From assembly GCA_051382305.1 (NCBI GenBank), contig JBBCAV010000138.1:1-17194 (forward strand): a DNA stretch of 17,194 bases, read 5' to 3'. The notes under the pieces are model-generated. The model did not search any database. It was not told the origin of the DNA and was given only the letters and a program-made list of their open reading frames with translations. The position numbers and the translations under genes were made by a program. This document shows, in pieces, positions 6,978-13,789 of the stretch. How positions within the stretch are numbered: position 1 is the stretch's first letter; each line of letters opens with the position of its first letter. This stretch comes from Bdellovibrionota bacterium FG-2 (lineage in GTDB: Bacteria; Bdellovibrionota; UBA1018).

Positions 6978-7666
6978 TGAAATTTCTAATTTTTCTTCTG
7001 TTATTTTTTCTGCCTACTTTATACTCCCATGCTGTTTTGCCGCCCTATGTGCGTGCCGCGGTCTTGATGACGCCCTCCCAAGTTTCTACACATCGGCATT
7101 TGTTTTTGGGACTTTCTGGATTCACCGGTCCGCAAGTTGGAAAACTCGGCGGGGGGGCTTTTACGCTGGGTTACGAATTCCAATTCACTTCGTTTGACCT
7201 GCGCATTTCCAAAGGCAAGACACCCTTTGGTTCGATTTTTGTCAAACCCGACCCTGCTGAACTGGCCAACGCCCCAAAATACGCGGGAGCAGTGGATGTA
7301 GACTCCGAACTCAACCGTCCGAGGACGGCAGAAGATTCGTGGAACTTTCTTATGTACGAACCCGGCGTCGCCATCTCAGCTCGACTTTTTCGGGACTCAC
7401 TGCCCATGTTTTCACAAAGTCTGCGCGTGGGACTAGGACTGGGGAGTTTTGTCGACACTGTAAACGCGCTCACGTTCACGCCAAGACTGGTAAACATCGA
7501 AGCTCGCGTGCAGTATCAGCTCGGTCCTAACAGCCCCTTTGTCATCGATTTTTCACACGCTTATTATTTTGGAACTCTCAATGCGGATGGCGCTAACTCC
7601 CTGCAAACAGGACGAATTCCTACGACTTTTATGAAAACCTCCCTCGGCCTTGCCTATTGGTTATAA
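6977..7666 (+). CDS. Hypothetical outer-membrane beta-barrel protein (probably about 8 strands)
   Basis: Signal peptide ending SHA; alternating amphipathic strands (AFTLGYEF, SLRVGLGLGSF, IEARVQYQL); C-terminal beta-signal-like TSLGLAYWL. TGATG coupling to tolC. Confidence 0.7.
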   Translation: MKFLIFLLLFFLPTLYSHAVLPPYVRAAVLMTPSQVSTHRHLFLGLSGFTGPQVGKLGGGAFTLGYEFQFTSFDLRISKGKTPFGSIFVKPDPAELANAPKYAGAVDVDSELNRPRTAEDSWNFLMYEPGVAISARLFRDSLPMFSQSLRVGLGLGSFVDTVNALTFTPRLVNIEARVQYQLGPNSPFVIDFSHAYYFGTLNADGANSLQTGRIPTTFMKTSLGLAYWL

Positions 7667-7680
7667 GTTATAGTATACTA
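7650..7680 (+). promoter_or_regulatory. Putative sigma70 promoter overlapped by a perfect 10-bp palindrome
   Basis: TTGCCT (7650-7655) - 18 nt - TATACT (7674-7679). TAGTATACTA (7671-7680) is self-complementary. Confidence 0.45.
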
Positions 7681-7727
7681 ATAAAGTCAACAATTAATCG
7701 GCGTGTTTTATCACAGGGGGGGTTCTT

Positions 7728-8507
7728 ATGCTTATCTTATTCTTGATGGTCGCGATCACGGTTCCATCGCAACACGCTTTTGCAGGTCCACTGAAACTCA
7801 ATGCTGCACTCAAACAAGAACATTTGAAGGTGCAAACGACCAAGGGAATCTCGAAAGAAGCTGTTGCCAACAAGAACGCGCAAGCCGCGCAAAGTGGCAC
7901 ACCTTCATACGGCGGCTCTGGATCTGACTCCGGATCTAGTTCTGGCGCGCCTCAGTATGTGCCACTTTCCCTCGGAGGGAGCACAAGCGGTCAAACAGGC
8001 GGATCGGAGAGTGGCACGAGTTATTCAGATACAGGGTATCAGAGGAACACTTCCGAGGAGACTACTAGCGACGGCATGCTTAATGAGTCCGCAATTGATA
8101 CGACGGCCACAGCTCCTGCTCTAGCTCCCGCTGCACAAGGACATATCGCTGCTCCCGCGCCCCTAGCACATACTGCACCGCCAGCTGCAGGCGGAGCGAC
8201 CTTACCCGCTATGCAGGCTGCTCAGACCGCGGCTACAACTATGACTTACTTAACAGCGCAAGCTAGAGGACACGCCGACGCGTTACTTGCCGCTACCTAT
8301 ACCGTAGAATATGTTCCTCCCGTAATCACCGCATCACGTGCTGCCGCAGTCGCGGCTGGATTTACGGCGGCTTATACTGCGGGATACGCCGCAGGGACAG
8401 CTGAAGCAGATAGCGCTAAGGTTGCCGCTGCAAACGCTGCTAGAACAATCGCTACCCAACCAGCCACTACCACTACCGGCTACCAGCCATTGAACATTAC
8501 GCATTAA
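7728..8507 (+). CDS. Hypothetical secreted low-complexity Ala/Thr/Ser/Gly-rich protein
   Basis: Signal peptide ending AFA, a G/S-rich disordered segment, an AP-rich linker and an Ala-rich helical C-terminal part (AGFTAAYTAGYAAG). AGGGGGGG RBS 5 nt upstream. Confidence 0.7.
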   Translation: MLILFLMVAITVPSQHAFAGPLKLNAALKQEHLKVQTTKGISKEAVANKNAQAAQSGTPSYGGSGSDSGSSSGAPQYVPLSLGGSTSGQTGGSESGTSYSDTGYQRNTSEETTSDGMLNESAIDTTATAPALAPAAQGHIAAPAPLAHTAPPAAGGATLPAMQAAQTAATTMTYLTAQARGHADALLAATYTVEYVPPVITASRAAAVAAGFTAAYTAGYAAGTAEADSAKVAAANAARTIATQPATTTTGYQPLNITH

Positions 8508-8515
8508 CAAAGACC

Positions 8516-9025
8516 CTATTTTAGCAGCGTATTAAACTCATTCAAAAATATAATCGTCGCGGATAAATCATTGATGAGAACTCTCGTTTTCTCCCCGAGA
8601 TAGTCCCGCGTGGCCTCGGTGTCACTGATCTCTTCAGAATCATTGCCGTCCACAAAAACACATAGCGAATAATACCCCAAAGGCATTGTCGTGATTGCTA
8701 CCGCCTCCTCCGCATTATCATACCAAGTCGAAACCGTGTCGGTGCAAGTCTCCACCGCCGCACAATCTGCTGGAGCAATCACCGTCAAACCCTGCGCCGC
8801 ATATTTTCCCGCATTCATATTGGCCAGCGTACACTCCGAAGTGGTAAAATAAACGACGGCCATCCGCCCGGTCTCAGGAATATTCGCGCACGCATCCGCG
8901 GTAGAACAGGTAAACGAAGCCGCCGGAATCGTCACTTTCCGATTCTCAATCGGTCCTTTGGTTCCACAAGAAGTGGCCCCCATTAGAAAAACGAATAAAA
9001 AGAAGCCTCGCAAGGCAAACGCCAT
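8516..9025 (-). CDS. Hypothetical Cys-rich lipoprotein with an acidic Ca-binding-like loop
   Basis: Lipobox-like MAFALRGFFLFVFLMGATS-C20, six further Cys, and GYYSLCVFVDGNDSEEISDTE (G-x-Y...F-x-D-x-N pattern). Confidence 0.72.
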   Translation of the reverse strand: MAFALRGFFLFVFLMGATSCGTKGPIENRKVTIPAASFTCSTADACANIPETGRMAVVYFTTSECTLANMNAGKYAAQGLTVIAPADCAAVETCTDTVSTWYDNAEEAVAITTMPLGYYSLCVFVDGNDSEEISDTEATRDYLGEKTRVLINDLSATIIFLNEFNTLLK

Positions 9026-9030
9026 GATTT

Positions 9031-9060
9031 AAGCTAAACAGAGAAGCGAAGATCGGTCAA
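9031..9060 (-). promoter_or_regulatory. Putative sigma70 promoter of the lipoprotein gene (possibly leaderless)
   Basis: Minus strand TTGACC (9060-9055) - 18 nt - TAGCTT (9036-9031) - 5 nt - ATG. No SD. Confidence 0.45.
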
Positions 9061-9066
9061 CAGGTA

Positions 9067-9987
9067 CTAAAACGCCGCCGCAAAACCACGGGCAAGCGCC
9101 GCACGCGCATGAGCAGGTTCTCGCTCCTCGCGATCCATGCCGCTGACGATCTCAAAATTATTGGGATCTTTGAAAATCGTTAACATCAGCTGACTATGAA
9201 GATCATGCCCAGCGCGATGGAGTCTCACAAAAGCCTGCAAGCCCACACCCGCAAGTTTGAAATCTCCTACGGCGTCCAGAACCTTGTGACGAACAAATTC
9301 ATCAGGATAACGAAGACCAGCGGGGTTCAATACTCCGCTGTCATCTAGCACTACCGCGTTGGCCAGGGAACCACCCCGAGCAAAGCCCATCTGTTTAAGG
9401 GCTTCGACTTCACGCAAGAAACCAAAGGTGCGTGCAGAAGCTAATTCTGAAAAAGCGGTAACCCCATCAACATACGAATATTCTTGATACCCAATTGACG
9501 GGTGATCCCAGTCGATGGAGGCGTGAATCTCAAGTTTTGAAGAAGGCTCGGCAACCGCCCACTTTTCATTCACCTTAACTTCAACCTTGCGACGAAGCGC
9601 AATCACAGTACGAGGACGGAGCTGCGCTTCGGTCCCCACTGCTAAAATTTGCTGATAAAAAGGAGCCGCGCTCCCGTCAAGAATGGGGCACTCCGGACCG
9701 TTGATTTCGATCACTACGTTATCCACCCCAGCGCCGGCCAACGCCGCCATCAGGTGCTCCACCGTACTCACGGAAGCGCGGGTGCAGCCAATAGAGGTCG
9801 CAAGCTGAGTGTTCATGACATTGAGAAAATGAGCCGGAATCCTAGGAGAACCCTTCACGTCCGTACGAACAAAAACGATCCCATGGTTAGGACGCGCAGG
9901 CTTTAACTTCATTTGTACGGCTTTTCCCGAATGGACGCCGATGCCTTTGATCGTAACCGGAGACTTGATGGTTCGCTGAAGATTCAT
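9067..9987 (-). CDS. lpxC: UDP-3-O-acyl-N-acetylglucosamine deacetylase
   Basis: Motifs QRTIKSPV...GIGVHSG, STVEHLMAAL, PILDGSA, ARTFGF, RHKVLDAVGD and AGH (Zn-binding and catalytic). AAGGAGAG RBS. Confidence 0.97.
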   Translation of the reverse strand: MNLQRTIKSPVTIKGIGVHSGKAVQMKLKPARPNHGIVFVRTDVKGSPRIPAHFLNVMNTQLATSIGCTRASVSTVEHLMAALAGAGVDNVVIEINGPECPILDGSAAPFYQQILAVGTEAQLRPRTVIALRRKVEVKVNEKWAVAEPSSKLEIHASIDWDHPSIGYQEYSYVDGVTAFSELASARTFGFLREVEALKQMGFARGGSLANAVVLDDSGVLNPAGLRYPDEFVRHKVLDAVGDFKLAGVGLQAFVRLHRAGHDLHSQLMLTIFKDPNNFEIVSGMDREEREPAHARAALARGFAAAF

Positions 9988-10014
9988 TTACTCTCCTTGA
10001 CGCCTACATACATG

Positions 10015-10031
10015 AGCAAGCCCCGTGCCCA
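10015..10031 (-). promoter_or_regulatory. Putative sigma54 (-24/-12) promoter of lpxC
   Basis: Minus strand TGGGCACGGGGCTTGCT = GGCAC-N5-TTGCT with correct GG-N10-GC spacing and one mismatch (G for T before GG). Predicted +1 is near 10004, just upstream of the RBS. Confidence 0.65.
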
Positions 10032-10180
10032 ACCTATGAAATATTAAAAGAAATCACTAACCTAAGACTCTAAACCTGTTTTATTTAACGATTTCGACGA
10101 CTAACAAAGTATATGCGTTGAGTCAAGTGGTGATTGAAAAAACACCGAAATCTCTCCCCCGGAGCCTGCTGTGTTCTTTA

Positions 10181-11308
10181 TCACACAAGGGATCGGAGAG
10201 AATCTGTGGGATTTTTGAGACACTCGAGCTGTGCTCCCTGCTCTCGCGCGTGATCGCGAGCATGATCCCAAGGCAGCCCCAAGTGCTCGTAAGCTAAGCG
10301 AGTAGCAACCCGCCCACGAGGGGTCCGCTGCAAGAAACCCTCTTGTATAAGGTATGGCTCATAAACATCCTCAAGAGTGTCGCGCTCCTCACCCAGTGCC
10401 GCGCACAAGGTTTCAACTCCCACAGGGCCCCCATCAAATTTCTCAATCAACGAACGCAAAAGTTTGCGATCCATCATATCCAGACCCCGTTGATCGACTT
10501 CAAGGAGCACGAGTGCTTCGCGTGCCTGCTCACGACTAATTCCTGCGCCAACACCGCCGGAAACCTGCGCGAAATCTCGCACCCGCCTCAGAAGACGATT
10601 CGCGATCCGAGGCGTCCCACGCGACCTGCGCGCAATCTCGTTTGCGCCGCTGGCATCCATCGGGACACCCAAAACTTCAGAAGAGCGCTTCACGATTTGC
10701 TCCAATTCTTCAACCGGATAAAAATCAAGCCGCAGTGGAATTCCGAAACGATCCCTTAAGGGTGTCGAAAGCAACCCCGTTCGAGTGGTCGCTCCGACCA
10801 ACGTAAATCTAGGCAAATCAATCTTGATCGTTCGCGCAGCGGGCCCCTGACCAATAATTAAATCAAGCCTGAAATCTTCCATCGCGCCATACAAGACTTC
10901 TTCGATGGTTTTCTGAAGACGATGTATCTCATCAATGAACAAAACATCGTGAGGCTGAAGATTCGTCAAAACGGCAGCGAGATCCCCTTTTCTTTCAACG
11001 TTCGGACCACTCACCGTATGGAGCTGGGAGCCCATTTCTTGGGCGATTATATGTGCGAGCGTCGTCTTTCCTAAACCGGGAGGCCCCGCAAGCAAAACAT
11101 GATCAAGCGCATCACCACGCTGACGTGCGGCCTCAATAAAAAGACAGAGATTATCCTTCACCTTTGTTTGGCCAATGTATTCTGAAAGTGCCGAAGGCCT
11201 AAGACTCCGCTCAGCCACGTGCTCTCCGCTCGCAGCCTCCTTGGAAATCACGCCTCTATCTATTGTTCCGGCTATTGCTCCGGCTACTACTCCGGTTTCG
11301 TCATTCAT
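10181..11308 (-). CDS. ruvB: Holliday junction branch-migration ATPase RuvB
   Basis: Motifs SLRP...[16 protein letters not shown] (Walker A), [36 protein letters not shown] and RTPRGR. ATG 11308 is preferred over TTG 11314 on AAGGA spacing. Confidence 0.97.
   Translation of the reverse strand: MNDETGVVAGAIAGTIDRGVISKEAASGEHVAERSLRPSALSEYIGQTKVKDNLCLFIEAARQRGDALDHVLLAGPPGLGKTTLAHIIAQEMGSQLHTVSGPNVERKGDLAAVLTNLQPHDVLFIDEIHRLQKTIEEVLYGAMEDFRLDLIIGQGPAARTIKIDLPRFTLVGATTRTGLLSTPLRDRFGIPLRLDFYPVEELEQIVKRSSEVLGVPMDASGANEIARRSRGTPRIANRLLRRVRDFAQVSGGVGAGISREQAREALVLLEVDQRGLDMMDRKLLRSLIEKFDGGPVGVETLCAALGEERDTLEDVYEPYLIQEGFLQRTPRGRVATRLAYEHLGLPWDHARDHAREQGAQLECLKNPTDSLRSLV
11260..11295. repeat. Imperfect 12-bp tandem repeat x3 in the ruvB N-terminal extension
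   Basis: CTATTGTTCCGG / CTATTGCTCCGG / CTACTACTCCGG. Confidence 0.75.
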
Positions 11309-11320
11309 TCCCAATATTCC

Positions 11321-11995
11321 TTATAGCTGGCGAAGGGCCAACCGAATCCAATCTTCTGCTTGTTTCGGCAATGTCGTATTTGAGCCTTCTGCCGAAATTC
11401 TTCCCAAAACCGATGAAATCTCAATCTCTCGATAGCCCAAAGCCAACAAAGCCTGCTTGGCATCTTGCAACTCGGCTCTTAATCCAGAAAGTGCATCCGA
11501 ATTCGCCGTGGCCCCCGCCCCGGATCCAAGCCGCGCCTGAGAAGCGGCACCATTTAAGAGTCCGGCTCCCATTTTCTTGCGAAATGAATCCCCTAACTCC
11601 AAAACCACGCGCTCGGCCGTCTTTTTCCCAATCCCCGGCACCTTAACCAAGCGATCCACATCACCGCCCATAATCGCGCTCACCAGCTCATCGGCAGAAA
11701 CCTTTGTCATCACTCCGAGCGCACCCTTAGGACCAATCCCGGTCACACTGAGGAGCGAGAGAAACAGCTCCTTTTCACCCTTGGTGCGAAACCCGTACAG
11801 ATCCAGAGCATCTTCACGAACATGGGTGTGAACAAAAAGCTCGATCCGATGGCCTGCCAAAACGCCCACATACTCCGAGTTATTGGGAACCGTTACAGCG
11901 TAACCAATAGATGAATCGGATCCGGACGAACCAATGCCAACGAGAAGTTTGCCGTCGGCGTTTTCAATTACGAAACCCTTTAGATATCCGATCAT
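11321..11995 (-). CDS. ruvA: Holliday junction branch-migration protein RuvA
   Basis: Motifs MIGYLKG, HTHVREDALDLYGF, the HhH motifs VTGIGPKGAL and VPGIGKKTAERVVLEL, and ALLALGY. Confidence 0.96.
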   Translation of the reverse strand: MIGYLKGFVIENADGKLLVGIGSSGSDSSIGYAVTVPNNSEYVGVLAGHRIELFVHTHVREDALDLYGFRTKGEKELFLSLLSVTGIGPKGALGVMTKVSADELVSAIMGGDVDRLVKVPGIGKKTAERVVLELGDSFRKKMGAGLLNGAASQARLGSGAGATANSDALSGLRAELQDAKQALLALGYREIEISSVLGRISAEGSNTTLPKQAEDWIRLALRQL

Positions 11996-12552
11996 GCGAG
12001 CCCCAAAGATTCAGCAAGAGTCATCTTCTTTTTCCTAGAACGAGATTGCTCCGGGTGCAAGCTCGCATTGCGCGTTCCGACCAATGCGTGGCAGATCGCC
12101 AGCGCCAAGGCGTCCGATGCATCGTAATTATTAAACTCTTTTTGATTGAGAATAATCTGAATTATTTTTGCGATCTGCTCTTTTTCGGCTTGACCATATC
12201 CCGAGACTGCACGCTTCACTTCGGTCGGTGCGTACTCTTGAAACTCGAGCCCATGAATCATCCCCGTCAGTACCGCAGCGCCTCGCGCCTGACCCAACTT
12301 CAAAGAGGAAACGGCGTTCTTAGCGAAAAAAACTTTTTCAACCACGAGAACCTGCGGCTGCAGTCGCTGAATCAAATCGCCCAGCCCCTGGTATATGAGT
12401 AGCAGGCGTTGTTCCAGCGGGACTTCAGCTTTGCCACTGGTCTTTGCAATTTTTAGAACTCCGTGATCGACATGCGCGAACTTCTGCCCATCCCAATCTA
12501 CGCATCCGTAACCGGTCAATCGGGAGCCTGGATCAATCCCAAGAATTCTCAT
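11992..12552 (-). CDS. ruvC: Crossover junction endodeoxyribonuclease RuvC
   Basis: Motifs MRILGIDPGSRLTGYG, VEKVFF, LKLGQARG, EYAPTEVK and DASDALALAICH. ATGA overlap with ruvA. Confidence 0.97.
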   Translation of the reverse strand: MRILGIDPGSRLTGYGCVDWDGQKFAHVDHGVLKIAKTSGKAEVPLEQRLLLIYQGLGDLIQRLQPQVLVVEKVFFAKNAVSSLKLGQARGAAVLTGMIHGLEFQEYAPTEVKRAVSGYGQAEKEQIAKIIQIILNQKEFNNYDASDALALAICHALVGTRNASLHPEQSRSRKKKMTLAESLGLA

Positions 12553-12559
12553 TAAAGTT

Positions 12560-12588
12560 ATCTTGCGCTGGATACCTGATTAACTCAA
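12560..12588 (-). promoter_or_regulatory. Putative internal sigma70 promoter of ruvCAB (possibly leaderless)
   Basis: Minus strand TTGAGT (12588-12583) - 17 nt - CAAGAT (12565-12560) - 7 nt - ATG. No SD. Confidence 0.35.
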
Positions 12589-13581
12589 GTTCAAATCAAA
12601 CACGCGTGCACTTGTTTTAGGAACAGCCCCGGCCTGCCTTAAGATTTCGCGAAGCTCAACATCATCCTCACGAACAGAGGAAATCTGCATTTGCTTAAGG
12701 CCTTTGCGAAAACCGCGCTCAAAAAGTTCCATAAAAAGAAAAGGGAGCATCCCCATATCCCTGAAAACCCGGCGTGTCCCCCAAAAAACGATTTCGGCAG
12801 AATCCGCTTTCGCTCCGCCACCTAACCACTGAGGAATCAATCCCGAAGCCCCTTGCGAAAGAGCAAGAATACATCCTGCAATTTCACCTCTGACCTCGGC
12901 GATGAGGCAAAGTTCAGGATTAATTCGTTTCTTCAGCTCTGAAAGCTCAAACTCAAGGGAGCGAGAATCAAAAAACTTCAAACTGGTGTCGCCTCGATGA
13001 AGCTCGGCGTAGACTTCACTCATTTTTTCCGCTTCTTGGCCAAGCGTTGAAAAACCAAAAGCACGAACCTGGACACCTGTCTCTTCACGAAAACGGGTTG
13101 TCTGTCCCAAGACAAACTCTGTGCTCTGACGGGATATAAGGTCGATGGTGTACGTGAAAAAATCTTTTTTCTTGGTCAGGTTCAGCTTCGCACAACCTTC
13201 ATCAGCTTTCCCGCTCTCAACCGAGAGTCCAGGGCCTTGCTGAAAACCTACCGTAACAGGTCCTCTTATAACTTGAGCCCCCCGAAGTCTCGCCCACCTA
13301 ATAAGGTCATCCATCAAGGGTTTGAGAATTTCGGGATAACGATCAAGCGCCCCGTCGATGTCAGCCCAGAAAACAGGATTGACCTTATTGCGTCTAAAGT
13401 AGTCTTCGTCAGTGAATGCGGCAAATCGCCCCATGAGCTTCCCATCTTGAAAAGCCATCATAGGGAGAAGGTAGGCATGTGCAAAAAAAGGGTTCAACTG
13501 GATATGATAGAGCCGTGAGCCTTCGCCTTTGCGAAAAAGTGCCAAATCTTCAGATTTATCGAGCCTACGAAGTTCAATCAT
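12580..13581 (-). CDS. Divergent double-GNAT protein, YghO / bacterial ceramide-synthase (CerS)-like
   Basis: NPFFAHA...AFQDGKLMGRFAAFTD, WARLRGAQVIRGPV...GLSVE, INPELCLIAEVRGEIAGCILAL, GTRRVFRDMG and SSVREDD follow the order of conserved blocks I associate with this family. Recognised by eye only. Confidence 0.62.
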   Translation of the reverse strand: MIELRRLDKSEDLALFRKGEGSRLYHIQLNPFFAHAYLLPMMAFQDGKLMGRFAAFTDEDYFRRNKVNPVFWADIDGALDRYPEILKPLMDDLIRWARLRGAQVIRGPVTVGFQQGPGLSVESGKADEGCAKLNLTKKKDFFTYTIDLISRQSTEFVLGQTTRFREETGVQVRAFGFSTLGQEAEKMSEVYAELHRGDTSLKFFDSRSLEFELSELKKRINPELCLIAEVRGEIAGCILALSQGASGLIPQWLGGGAKADSAEIVFWGTRRVFRDMGMLPFLFMELFERGFRKGLKQMQISSVREDDVELREILRQAGAVPKTSARVFDLNLS

Positions 13582-13610
13582 GGGTGTTCGAAGGAGAACA
13601 TATTGACCCT

Positions 13611-13635
13611 TGATATTAAAGGAATAAAAATATCA
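13611..13635. promoter_or_regulatory. Inverted repeat TGATATT-N11-AATATCA, candidate operator in a divergent promoter region
   Basis: Perfect 7-bp arms at 13611-13617 and 13629-13635, ending 12 nt upstream of the sigma28-like -35. Confidence 0.45.
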
Positions 13636-13647
13636 TAAAAAAACCCC

Positions 13648-13674
13648 TCAAGTTTTTATCAATTCAACCGATAC
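13648..13674 (+). promoter_or_regulatory. Putative sigma28 (FliA) promoter
   Basis: TCAA (13648-13651, followed by GTTT) - 15 nt - ACCGATAC (13667-13674), versus the consensus TAAA-N15-GCCGATAA. An A-tract lies upstream. Confidence 0.65.
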
Positions 13675-13678
13675 GAAA

Positions 13679-13778
13679 GATGTATGGCCACATCCAGTTC
13701 TCAACCTTAGGCCAGGCTCGATGGGCGCTCGAGTATGACCTAAGGTTGAGACATTACTTATTTTCCTCGGCAGGAAGG
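13679..13778 (+). ncRNA. Candidate structured 5' leader or sRNA (three stem-loops)
   Basis: GATGT/ACATC stem at 13679-13694. A 53-nt hairpin at 13699-13751 has a perfect 13-bp outer stem (TCTCAACCTTAGG/CCTAAGGTTGAGA) and an inner CTCGA/TCGAG stem. TTCCT-CGGC-AGGAA at 13763-13776 covers the SD. Confidence 0.5.
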
Positions 13779-13789
13779 CGGCGTTGTTC

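Noticed and set aside
13591..13638. Plus-strand AAGGAG followed by an 11-codon TTG ORF (MTLDIKGIKIS)
   Set aside because: It lies upstream of the only evident plus-strand promoter, has a weak start codon and has no other support.
13699..13751. Long hairpin read as an integron attC site (AAC...GTT core) or an intrinsic terminator
   Set aside because: The ends deviate from RYYYAAC/GTTRRRY, the region next to the core is fully paired, there are no extrahelical bases, and no integrase or cassette array is present. No U-tract follows directly on either strand.
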